A DNA stretch of 46,966 nt from Patescibacteria group bacterium (GTDB taxonomy: Bacteria > Patescibacteriota > Microgenomatia > 0-14-0-10-38-17), in NCBI GenBank assembly GCA_050947035.1, contig JBMNVW010000001.1, positions 1-46,966 of the forward strand. The letters are read 5' to 3'. Below the pieces are notes generated by a model. That model was not told the origin of the DNA. It did no database searches and saw nothing but the letters and a program-made list of their open reading frames with translations. Of the stretch, positions 1-8,056 are shown in pieces (within the stretch, counting starts at the first letter, position 1; the number at the start of each line of letters is the position of its first letter). The position numbers were made by a program, and so were the translations under genes.

Positions 1-3
1 ACT

Positions 4-132
4 AAATTCTAAATAAATTCCAAATATCAAACTACAATTTAATTCCAAACATGGTTATTTTTTATTGTTTAAATCTTGTGATTTGAAATTTGTGATTTGT
101 TTGGAACTTGGAAATTGGAAATTGGAAATTTT
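4..132. repeat. 7-nt periodic inverted-arm element with no gene inside
   Basis: Left arm AAATTCCAAATATCAAACTACAATTTAATTCCAAAC; right arm TTGTGATTTGAAATTTGTGATTTGTTTGGAACTTGGAAATTGGAAATTGGAAATT. Same arm type flanks the four-helix-bundle genes at 20131 and 33524. Confidence 0.7.
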
Positions 133-241
133 AAAGTCCTGCTTTATTATAACAAACAATATTTTTTATTTATTATTAATTACTAATTTAATTATTAAAA
201 ATTGAAATTTATTTGAAAATTGGTAATTGGAAATTTTAAGT

Positions 242-1021
242 TTACTTCTGTTTATCTTTCTTTTGAGCTTTAGTTTTTCTTCTAGAAATAATGTTTTTGT
301 CACTATATTTTTTTCTTTTTCTGGTTTTTTTACCTAAAGTTTTCTTGCCCCAGGGGGTTTTAGGAGAAGGCATACCAATCCCGGATCGGCCTTCACCACC
401 ACCATGAGGGTGGGAACCAGGGTGTTGGGCTACTCCTCGCACTGTTGGCCGAATCCCTTTGTGTCTTTTTTGCCCGGCCTTAGTCATTTTTTTCAAACCA
501 TGAGCTTCATTGCCAACTTGGCCAATAGTCGCCCGACAGGAAAGCAAAATTTTTCGCAATTCTCCTGAAGGAAGACGAACATGGGCCATCTTGCCTTCTT
601 TGGCGGTAATTGTGGCCATTGTCCCTGCTCCTCTAACCAATTGCCCTCCCTTGCCTGGTTTTAATTCAATAGAATGAATTGGCATGCCAACCGGTATTCT
701 ATCTAATGTAGTAGCCGTTCCTTCTTCAATCGGCGCCTTATCACCACTCATAACAGAAAGCCCCGGCTTCATCCCTTTAGTGGCTAAAATATAACGCCTT
801 TCGCCATCTTCATACAAAACTAAAGCCACATTGGCACTTCGGCTTGGAGCATACTCAATCCTTTCAACTTTTCCGGGAACATCAAATTTGTCTCTTTTCC
901 AATCGATTTTCCTAACTCGGCGTTTTTCGCCACCACCCTGATGACGAACCGCTACTCGACCACCCGATCGACCAGCTTTATTTTTTACCGATTTGGTTAA
1001 ATTTTTCTTAATATTTTTCAT
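242..1021 (-). CDS. rplB: 50S ribosomal protein L2 (N-terminally short)
   Basis: RHQGGG, IEYAPSRSANVAL, RPTVRGVAQHPGSHPHGGGEGR motifs; follows rplW. Confidence 0.98.
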   Translation of the reverse strand: MKNIKKNLTKSVKNKAGRSGGRVAVRHQGGGEKRRVRKIDWKRDKFDVPGKVERIEYAPSRSANVALVLYEDGERRYILATKGMKPGLSVMSGDKAPIEEGTATTLDRIPVGMPIHSIELKPGKGGQLVRGAGTMATITAKEGKMAHVRLPSGELRKILLSCRATIGQVGNEAHGLKKMTKAGQKRHKGIRPTVRGVAQHPGSHPHGGGEGRSGIGMPSPKTPWGKKTLGKKTRKRKKYSDKNIISRRKTKAQKKDKQK

Positions 1022-1038
1022 AAAAACTTTTTTTGGGA

Positions 1039-1110
1039 ATAGCGAACTTTAGTTCGCGCCCTTTTTAATGGCGCGGAGTACCTGTCCGCCTCGGGTGGAA
1101 ACTCCGCTAC
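1039..1110. repeat. Pair of GTAG-type REP hairpins; the second is interrupted by a 19-nt insert
   Basis: ATAGCGAACTTTAGTTCGCGC (1039-1059) and GCGCGGAGTA[19 nt]AACTCCGCTAC (1071-1110). Confidence 0.85.
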
Positions 1111-1137
1111 TTCAAAAATTCCTCCTTATTTGTCTTA

Positions 1138-1220
1138 ATTCGTGTCCTTATAATATTCGTTAAATTCGTGTGATTTATTTATATTAAGTTCGTGTCAATT
1201 CGTGTCCTTTTTATTCGTGT
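1138..1220. repeat. ATTCGTGT / ACACGAAT short-repeat array
   Basis: Six TTCGT cores in about 80 nt directly after the rplW stop. Confidence 0.7.
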
Positions 1221-1223
1221 TTC

Positions 1224-1508
1224 TTAGCTTTCATAAATATCTAATTTTTCGCCTTTTTTTAATTCAATAGTGGCTTTTTTCACCGGTGATGGATAAATCG
1301 TTTTTCGGGTGGGAAGAGTTTTCTTTTTTTTCTTTAAAATCGCCGTTCTAACCCCAACCACATTAACACCAAAAATTGCCTCAACGGCTTTCTTAATCTG
1401 ATTTTTAGAAGCAGCTGTATCAACAATGAAGGTGTAACGATTATCCTCAGCCATCTTCATTGACTTCTCGCTTATTAATGGTTTCTTTATAACATCAGCC
1501 AGTTTCAT
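1224..1508 (-). CDS. rplW: 50S ribosomal protein L23
   Basis: PLISEKS, YTFIVD, KNQIKKAVEAIFGVNV, KKATIEL motifs. Confidence 0.97.
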   Translation of the reverse strand: MKLADVIKKPLISEKSMKMAEDNRYTFIVDTAASKNQIKKAVEAIFGVNVVGVRTAILKKKKKTLPTRKTIYPSPVKKATIELKKGEKLDIYES

Positions 1509-2128
1509 AATCTTTCTTTTAAAACTTTAATCGCTTTTTTGGTAAAAATTATTTTCCCCGACGATAAGGCCTGATAAGCATTAATTTTATTGGCCAAATC
1601 AATATTAACGTTAGGCAAGTTTCTAAAAGCCCGAATAATATTATCATTTTTTTCTGCTAAATATAGAGTGGCTTTTTTATCAGCAATCCCCAGATTTTCA
1701 AGAAAACCAGCTGCTTTTTTGGTTTTGGGAGTAGTTTTTTCTAAACCGTCAACAACAAAAATTTCGCTCTCGCCAGCCTTAGCAGATAAGGCTGATCTTA
1801 GGGCCGCCTGTTTCATTTTTTTAGATAAAGAAAGGCGCTTTTTTACTCCGCTTGGGCCATGGGCTTTGCCACCGCCAACAAAAATTGGCGCTTGTCTATC
1901 GCCATGCCGGGCTCGACCGGTCCCTTTTTGCCGCCAAACCTTTTTGGTCGAACCGGTAACTTCCGATCTAGTTTTAGCCTTAGGAAAAGCAGTCCGTTGA
2001 TTAGCTAAAAACACCTTAACCGCTTGGGCCATTAGCGGCAAATTAATTTTAGCCTCAAAAATCTTTTTGGGCAAAAGCATTGACTTGTCCGTCTTTTTAC
2101 CGTTTTTATCGTAAATTGAAATTTTCAT
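1505..2128 (-). CDS. rplD: 50S ribosomal protein L4
   Basis: KTRSEV, WRQKGTGRARHG, PIFVGGGKAHGP motifs. Confidence 0.98.
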   Translation of the reverse strand: MKISIYDKNGKKTDKSMLLPKKIFEAKINLPLMAQAVKVFLANQRTAFPKAKTRSEVTGSTKKVWRQKGTGRARHGDRQAPIFVGGGKAHGPSGVKKRLSLSKKMKQAALRSALSAKAGESEIFVVDGLEKTTPKTKKAAGFLENLGIADKKATLYLAEKNDNIIRAFRNLPNVNIDLANKINAYQALSSGKIIFTKKAIKVLKERL

Positions 2129-2150
2129 AAAAAATTTTTAATTAATATAT

Positions 2151-2177
2151 GTCCTATAGGACTCATAAGACCTATAG
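2151..2177. repeat. 9-nt periodic array overlapping the rplC stop
   Basis: GTCCTATAG GACTCATAA GACCTATAG; same unit as the arrays at 3353-3379, 3750-3776 and 3942-3968. Confidence 0.7.
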
Positions 2178-2810
2178 GTTGTTTATCTTCTCGACCGCCA
2201 CATATCCTCCTCTTGATCCGGGCACCGCACCAGTCAAATAAAGACGATTATTTTCTTTGTCGATTTTGAAAACAGTTAAATTCTTAACCGTTACTTTATC
2301 AACCCCAAAATGGCCGGGCATTTTTTTGCCCTTATGAACTCGACCCGGGTCGGTGCCTTGGCCGATTGAGCCCGGGGCGCGCAGACGGTCCGATTGGCCA
2401 TGAGTTTGAGGGCCGCCATGAAATCCCCATCTTTTCATCGCTCCGGCAAAACCTCGTCCTTTGGAGGTTCCAGAAACTTTTACTTTATCGCCTTTGGCAA
2501 AAACTTGGTCCAGAGTTATTTCCTGGCCGATTTTAACATCATCACCGAATCGGCCCCGAATTTCAACAATCTTTTCCGGGGCAAAATCAAGCTTAGCCTT
2601 TTTTGCCTCCCCTAAGGTTGGCTTCTTATTATATTTGCCCTTGCCTTGTCCAAAGGCCAATTTTACGGCCCTGTAGCCATCAGAATCTTTCGTTTTTGTC
2701 TGAATAACCCGACAAGGGCCAAGCTCGACAACAGTTAAAGGAACAACTTTACCATCTTCAGTAAAATCCTGTTCCATGGTAATTTTTTTACCAATTAAAC
2801 CCGTAAGCAT
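2172..2810 (-). CDS. rplC: 50S ribosomal protein L3
   Basis: DGYRAV, SKGRGFAGAMKRWGF, THGQSDRLRAPGSIG, KGKKMPG motifs. Confidence 0.98.
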   Translation of the reverse strand: MLTGLIGKKITMEQDFTEDGKVVPLTVVELGPCRVIQTKTKDSDGYRAVKLAFGQGKGKYNKKPTLGEAKKAKLDFAPEKIVEIRGRFGDDVKIGQEITLDQVFAKGDKVKVSGTSKGRGFAGAMKRWGFHGGPQTHGQSDRLRAPGSIGQGTDPGRVHKGKKMPGHFGVDKVTVKNLTVFKIDKENNRLYLTGAVPGSRGGYVAVEKINNL

Positions 2811-2820
2811 AAAGTTTTTT

Positions 2821-2895
2821 TAATTTTTCAAATTAAAAATAAATTCCAAATATCAAAATTCAAACTACAAACAAACTTCAATTTTCCAAATCCCG
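2821..2895. repeat. 7-nt periodic half-arm upstream of rplC
   Basis: AAATTCCAAATATCAAAATTCAAACTACAAACAAACTTCAATTTTCCAAATCCC, resembling the left arm at 4-50. Confidence 0.6.
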
Positions 2896-2914
2896 AACTT
2901 CTTTTTTATCCAGA

Positions 2915-3005
2915 GTAGCGGACTTACGGTCCGCGCTCGAACCGGCGCGCAATAAATTGCGCTACTTCGAAAAAAGGGCTGGAGTAGCGGACTTACGGTC
3001 CGCGC
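2915..3005. repeat. Cluster of three GTAG-type REP hairpins
   Basis: GTAGCGGACTTACGGTCCGCGC at 2915-2936 and 2984-3005 (identical); GCGCGCAATAAATTGCGCTAC at 2945-2965. Confidence 0.9.
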
Positions 3006-3018
3006 TCCCTCACTATCC

Positions 3019-3069
3019 TCATCCTGATCCGCCAGCCGGCGGAGAAGGATCCCCTTCTCAAAAAATGAC
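3019..3069. repeat. Degenerate GTCAT...ATGAC palindromic element
   Basis: TCATCCTGATCCGCCAGCCGGCGGAGAAGGATCCC...AATGAC matches the left half of the copies at 23959 and 27990. Confidence 0.75.
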
Positions 3070-3071
3070 AG

Positions 3072-3101
3072 AAAAAAAGAGCCTAACAACGAGGCTCTTT
3101 T
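3072..3101 (-). terminator. Intrinsic terminator / attenuator in the rplC leader
   Basis: On the minus strand: AGAGCCT-cgttgtt-AGGCTCT followed by a T-run. Confidence 0.7.
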
Positions 3102-3126
3102 AACACTTCTTTAATTACTTAATTAA

Positions 3127-3198
3127 TTAGGCCAAAGCAAAAGCTTTTAGCCTATAAACTCCAGCTTTTTGTAAAAACTTTCGAGCCAATAAAGTCAT
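3127..3198 (-). CDS. Putative 23-aa leader/small peptide MTLLARKFLQKAGVYRLKAFALA
   Basis: ATG at 3198, TAA at 3129-3127, perfect SD AAGGAGG (3213-3207) 8 nt upstream; lies between a promoter and a terminator. Below the ORF-track cutoff. Confidence 0.55.
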   Translation of the reverse strand: MTLLARKFLQKAGVYRLKAFALA

Positions 3199-3251
3199 TA
3201 AAATTGCCTCCTTGACAAGAGAGGAATTCTCCCCCATTCAAGACAAGTTCA

Positions 3252-3280
3252 ATTCTATCACAAGGCTCTACCCTTATCAA
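3252..3280 (-). promoter_or_regulatory. Sigma70-type promoter facing rplC
   Basis: TTGATA-17 nt-TAGAAT with extended -10 TG. Confidence 0.65.
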
Positions 3281-3301
3281 CCAAAACTAACGCGCGGCAA
3301 A

Positions 3302-3330
3302 TTGCTCTAGCCCCCCACTTTTGCTAAACT
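3302..3330 (+). promoter_or_regulatory. Divergent sigma70-type promoter for the island
   Basis: TTGCTC-17 nt-TAAACT with extended -10 TG, about 57 nt before the ATG at 3388. Confidence 0.5.
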
Positions 3331-3387
3331 GAAAACAATAACTAAAAAATAGGCCTTATTCGTCCTATTTGTCTTAATCTTTTAAAA

Positions 3388-3942
3388 ATGACAGAAAGCA
3401 AGATTTTTCCTTCTCATGGCGGTTACCGAAATTTAAAATCGTATCAAACCAGCGAGATTATTTACGATGCCACTATCGATTTCTGCCGAAAATACATTAA
3501 CCCTCGCTCTCGAACCACCGACCAAATGATCCAAGCCGCCCGTTCTGGTAAGCAAAATATTGCTGAGGGCAGCCAGGTTTCGGCTACTTCCAAAAAAAGT
3601 GAAATAAAACTAATCAGCGTCGCTCGAGGTTCTTTGGAAGAATTGCTTCAAGATTTTCTTGACTACCTTCGTCAAAATAATTTACCATTGTGGGGTAAAG
3701 ACAATCCCCAGGTTTTAAAAATTCGTCAACTAGCCTACCAAAAAAATAGGTCATATCAGTCCTATAAAACCTATATAAAAAATCCGGAAAGCGCGGCTAA
3801 TTGTCTTATTTGCTTAATCCATCAGGCAAATTTCCTCCTTGATCGACAAATGCAATCCCTAGAAAAAGATTTCTTAAAAAATGGCGGTTTCACCGAAAGG
3901 CTTTATCGGGAGAGGGTAAGAGTTCGTAAAAATAATTATTAG
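3388..3942 (+). CDS. Four-helix-bundle protein with suffix domain (TIGR02436/TIGR04258-like)
   Basis: HGGYRNLKSYQ, RTTDQMIQAARSGKQNIAEGS, VARGSLEELLQDF and C-terminal FLKNGGFTERLY motifs. Confidence 0.9.
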   Translation: MTESKIFPSHGGYRNLKSYQTSEIIYDATIDFCRKYINPRSRTTDQMIQAARSGKQNIAEGSQVSATSKKSEIKLISVARGSLEELLQDFLDYLRQNNLPLWGKDNPQVLKIRQLAYQKNRSYQSYKTYIKNPESAANCLICLIHQANFLLDRQMQSLEKDFLKNGGFTERLYRERVRVRKNNY

Positions 3943-3948
3943 TCCTAT

Positions 3949-6900
3949 ATGACTTATAAGACCAATATTAAAAAACTTATCGACCGGGTTTATTTCTCCA
4001 TCGAACCTCTCTTTAAAGAACCCAAGAAACACTTAAAAACCTGGCTAGTGATCTTGGGGGTACTAGTGGCCTCTTGGGCCCTGGTTTTCTTCCTCAATCG
4101 CCCCGAACCAGCCCAGGCCTCTTGGTGGAACGAAACGTGGTTATATCGAAGGGCAATACAGGTTAGCAATGATAATGGGCAAAATTTAACTGATTTTCAG
4201 GTGGCGATTACCCTAGATACGGCTTCTTTAATAACAGCCGGCAAGATGCAAGATGACTGTGATGATCTAAGAGTGACGGATAAGGGCGGAAACATTATTC
4301 CTCATTGGATCGAAGAAAATAATCCCGGGTGTAATGATGCTAATACTAAAATCTGGACTAAGGTACCAACGGTTTATGATGGCACTGATGCGACCACGGT
4401 TTATGTTTATTATGGCAATGCCCAGGCCAACAACGCTGAAAATGGCGATAATGTCTTTGAGTTTTTTGATGATTTTGGGGGAAACCAAATAAATACTAAT
4501 AAGTGGGATATAGTTGACCCAATAGGTTTTAGTATTAACAGTGGAGAACTTAGGGGCACTAATAATACGGGAAGAATTAAATCTGTTGATACTTTTTCAG
4601 GTCCAATAATTCAAGAAGTAAAAGCCAGAACTGTAACTGTTGCTACTAATGGCCAAACTATTGGTGGCTTTTGGGATTCAAGCTCTGATGGGTTTTCGTT
4701 TTTAAATCATCCATCAACAGACTACATAAGAAATAACTCGTCATGGACCGCTCTAAGTGGAGAAAGAGTTCCTAGAAGCAACGTGCCTTATTCTATTAGT
4801 TTTGTTGCAACTGCCTCTTCAGTTATTTTAACAACGACCAACCTTAATACAGGTGCTCAAATTTATCAGAACACTTTTACCAACACTGTATCCAATGAAT
4901 CAATAATGTTGGGCAGAAGAGCTGATAATAATACTTACGGAGGAGGTCAGAGCTACGATTCTTATTGGGACTGGATAATCGTCCGCCAATACGCCATCTC
5001 CGAACCCACCACCTCCCTAGACTCCGAAGAAATCTCCCCCAGCCCTGTCGCCTACTGGAAATTTGATGAGGGAACGGGAACAACGGCCTATGATTCAAGC
5101 GGGCAAGGGAATGATGGAACACTTGGCACCGGCTCCTCCACCCCTACATGGCAAACAGAGGATATGTGTATTGGTGGGAAATGTTTGTACTTTGATGGAA
5201 GTAGTGATTATGCAAATACAAACACCGACTTTAGCTGGTCCACATCTGACAGCTTCTCTATTTCTCTTTGGATCAAGGCCAACTCAGTATCTGGCAACCA
5301 GGGCATTATAGGAAAAGGAGCAGCGGGAGGTTATGGAAACTACAACTGGGAGTGGAGCTTAAAACTATCTGACTCAACACTAAGCTTTATATATTGGAAT
5401 ACCTCGGGATCAGGAATTCTCAATCTAACATCATCGGAAAGCATTTCTGCTAATGAATGGATTTATGTTTATGTAACATATAGCTCAACAGAAAAAGCAA
5501 AAATGTATATAGAAAATAAATTAGTTGCAACCGATACAGATATCTCTGGGACCCTTCAAGATCGTAGCACGCCAGTTTTAATAGGCCACGCTTACGGGTC
5601 CAATGGGGCAAATTACTATTTCAACGGCTTCATCGACGAAGTTAAAATCTACCCCTACGCCCGGACAGAGGAACAAATAAGGTCTGATTATGTTGCCGGA
5701 GCTTCAAGCAAAGGGTCAGGAGCGGTTTTTGGCCACAAGGCCGAAACAGCCCAAATAACGCCCATTGCTTCAAAGCTTATCGCTCATTGGAAATTTAACG
5801 AAGGATTTGGGGAAGATGTTCATGATTCTAGAGGATCTAATCATGGTTCTTTCGGTGTTGGTGGCTCTGCCCCAACCTGGACTAATGAAGGAAAATTCGG
5901 TAAGGCTTTGAGTTTTGATGGGGTGGACGACTATATTTCCACTATTAGCCCCACAGGAAATTTAAATCCAGAAACCGGAGATTTCACTATATCAGCCTGG
6001 ATATATAAACCATCAGATGGAAAAAGTGCCCCAGGAATAATTTCTAAAAATGGAAATCCTGGGTTTAAATTCAATATTAATAGTGGTAACCGTCTTCTGC
6101 TAGCTATCTACGACGGCTCTTGGCATAATTTCCTTTCAAACACCGATGTTATCGAAATGGATAAGTGGCAACATGTTGCGGTAGCAGCAGATAGGGACAG
6201 CAACGCTAATTTCTTTGTAAACGGAGAAAGTGCTGGTTCTCAAGATATCTCCAGTATGTCAAGCGTCAACCTGTCAAATTCCTCTAGCTTGCGTATTGGC
6301 GATGATAATTGGTGCAGATCTTATTACTGCGGACAATACGACGGGAAAATCGACGAAGTAAAAATTTACAACGCCGCCCTTACCCAAGAAGAAATCCTCC
6401 AAGATTACAACCAGGGTGTAGCAGCAGTAATGGGACAATCAAGCACCAACACCGGTTCCACCGCTCCAGGCGGATCAGCATCACAAGAATATTGCGTCCC
6501 CGGCTCCACCGATACCTGCCGACCCCCCGTGGCTGAGTGGGATTTTGAAGAAGGATCGGGCGATACTGTTTATGATAAAAGTGGCAATGGGAATGATGGC
6601 GCCTGGTCTGGCTCGGGAAGCCATTGGGGAACGGGAAAAATTGGCAAAGCGGGGGCGTTTAATGGAAGTGATGCCAGAGTAAGTGTTGGTAATGACGAAA
6701 CTCTGCAAATTAACGGTGGTATGACTATTGGGGCTTGGATAAAACCAAATGAAGATGCGATAACCGGTTGGGTAAGGCCAATTTTTGACAAAATGTATAT
6801 TGCTGCCAGTAAAACCAGCGGTTATGCTTTGTATATTTCTTCTGGCAATATCTATCTTGCCTATGGTGATGGCACCACGGGCGAATCACTGTCTACAAGT

Positions 6901-7932
6901 GATCTTTCTTGGAACACAGCTCGTTGGTACCACATAATGGCAACTCACGATGGCAACAATACAGTTAAAATCTATCGTGACGGAGTTCTTGTTGCAGAAA
7001 AAAACGATGCGGTCGGACCAGTCTTAGATAATGGAGACTATGCGGGAATTATTGGCAGAAGAGTGGGAAGCTCTTATACATATTTTGATGGACTCATTGA
7101 CAATATTCGTATCTACGACTACGCCCGGACGCCAGCCCAAATCGCCTGGGACTATAATCGTGGCGCTCCGGTCGGCCATTGGAAATTTAATGAGTGCCAA
7201 GGAACTATTGCTCATGATTCATCCGGCAATGAAAACCACGGCACAATTAATATCGGCGCAAGCGCGCCGCAAATAACGGGCGGAACATGTTCCGCCCCTA
7301 CAGACGGAACCGGTGCTTGGTATAACGGAAGAGAGGGAAAAATAAACAGCGCGATGAGTTTTGACGGGGTGGATGATTATATAATTAGCCAAAACACTAA
7401 CATCTCAGAACAGAATAATGGGGTAACATCTAGCGCATGGGTTTTTATTTCTTCTCCAATAAATAGTGAAACCGATTTAATTAGCCATGGTGGAGGAAAT
7501 TGGTCACCATACTGCTATTGGAAACTAGGACTTAACTCAAGCGGCAGAATCCAACTGAGAACTGGCTGGTGGTCAGGGGTTGGCGGGGATGGATTTGTTT
7601 TAGCCAACTCCTCGAACGATATGGTCCCATTAAATAGGTGGTTTATGATTACAGGAATTATAAATTATGATTTTAGCTCTAATCTTACTCTCCTTAAAAT
7701 ATATATTAATGGTAAAATAATTACCAACGAGCAGCATATTGGTAAATATTTATATAATATTACTGACAGGCCTTTTGTAATCGGAGCCAGAACTCAATCA
7801 ATCTATCCAGCCAATCCACCTCAAAACTATTTCACTGGCCTCATGGACGACGTCCGCATTTATAACTATGCCCTCACCAACGAGCAAATAAACACCTTAT
7901 ATAATAACGGGGCAGTAAGGTTTGGAAACTAA
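3949..7932 (+). CDS. Secreted/surface protein: N-terminal TM/signal, DUF2341 domain, 4 LamG-like (concanavalin/pentraxin) domains
   Basis: Hydrophobic segment then PAQA-SWW; W-YRR-I, DLR-TD, YVYYGN, VFEFFDDF (DUF2341); four W-F-E...DSSG-GN-G...F-G-IDEV-IY repeats. Confidence 0.88.
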   Translation: MTYKTNIKKLIDRVYFSIEPLFKEPKKHLKTWLVILGVLVASWALVFFLNRPEPAQASWWNETWLYRRAIQVSNDNGQNLTDFQVAITLDTASLITAGKMQDDCDDLRVTDKGGNIIPHWIEENNPGCNDANTKIWTKVPTVYDGTDATTVYVYYGNAQANNAENGDNVFEFFDDFGGNQINTNKWDIVDPIGFSINSGELRGTNNTGRIKSVDTFSGPIIQEVKARTVTVATNGQTIGGFWDSSSDGFSFLNHPSTDYIRNNSSWTALSGERVPRSNVPYSISFVATASSVILTTTNLNTGAQIYQNTFTNTVSNESIMLGRRADNNTYGGGQSYDSYWDWIIVRQYAISEPTTSLDSEEISPSPVAYWKFDEGTGTTAYDSSGQGNDGTLGTGSSTPTWQTEDMCIGGKCLYFDGSSDYANTNTDFSWSTSDSFSISLWIKANSVSGNQGIIGKGAAGGYGNYNWEWSLKLSDSTLSFIYWNTSGSGILNLTSSESISANEWIYVYVTYSSTEKAKMYIENKLVATDTDISGTLQDRSTPVLIGHAYGSNGANYYFNGFIDEVKIYPYARTEEQIRSDYVAGASSKGSGAVFGHKAETAQITPIASKLIAHWKFNEGFGEDVHDSRGSNHGSFGVGGSAPTWTNEGKFGKALSFDGVDDYISTISPTGNLNPETGDFTISAWIYKPSDGKSAPGIISKNGNPGFKFNINSGNRLLLAIYDGSWHNFLSNTDVIEMDKWQHVAVAADRDSNANFFVNGESAGSQDISSMSSVNLSNSSSLRIGDDNWCRSYYCGQYDGKIDEVKIYNAALTQEEILQDYNQGVAAVMGQSSTNTGSTAPGGSASQEYCVPGSTDTCRPPVAEWDFEEGSGDTVYDKSGNGNDGAWSGSGSHWGTGKIGKAGAFNGSDARVSVGNDETLQINGGMTIGAWIKPNEDAITGWVRPIFDKMYIAASKTSGYALYISSGNIYLAYGDGTTGESLSTSDLSWNTARWYHIMATHDGNNTVKIYRDGVLVAEKNDAVGPVLDNGDYAGIIGRRVGSSYTYFDGLIDNIRIYDYARTPAQIAWDYNRGAPVGHWKFNECQGTIAHDSSGNENHGTINIGASAPQITGGTCSAPTDGTGAWYNGREGKINSAMSFDGVDDYIISQNTNISEQNNGVTSSAWVFISSPINSETDLISHGGGNWSPYCYWKLGLNSSGRIQLRTGWWSGVGGDGFVLANSSNDMVPLNRWFMITGIINYDFSSNLTLLKIYINGKIITNEQHIGKYLYNITDRPFVIGARTQSIYPANPPQNYFTGLMDDVRIYNYALTNEQINTLYNNGAVRFGN

Positions 7933-7947
7933 GATTAGATTAAAGAT

Positions 7948-8050
7948 TTCCAATTCTAAATTTCAGAATAAAAACAATAATTAATAGATGTTTGTAATTT
8001 GTTAATTGAGATTTGTTTGGAAATAAATTGTAATTTGAAATTTGTAATTT
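7948..8050. repeat. 7-nt periodic inverted-arm element with no gene inside
   Basis: The reverse complement of 7990-8049 closely matches 22721-22775 (ACAATTTATTTCCAAACAAATCTCAA shared). Confidence 0.75.
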
Positions 8051-8056
8051 ACGATA

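Noticed and set aside
1590-2676. Antisense and alternate-frame ORFs overlapping r-protein, tuf, fusA, rpoBC, LamG and ftsK genes throughout the window
   Set aside because: Shadow ORFs of well-supported genes, with no recognisable motifs.
2915-3005. CRISPR array suggested by identical 22-nt repeats
   Set aside because: Only two identical copies with another REP between them; copies are dispersed and in both orientations; no cas genes.
2865-3089. Short ORFs across repeat clusters (also 19874-20113, 27966-28187, 42434-42869)
   Set aside because: They translate palindromic repeats (recurring LRRLADQD and EGTPEESR peptides) and are most likely spurious.
3072-3250. tmRNA, because the small ORF ends in AFALA
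   Set aside because: No tRNA-like ends (5' GGGG.. acceptor, T-arm, 3' CCA) were recognised, the region is short, and the ORF has its own SD and ATG.
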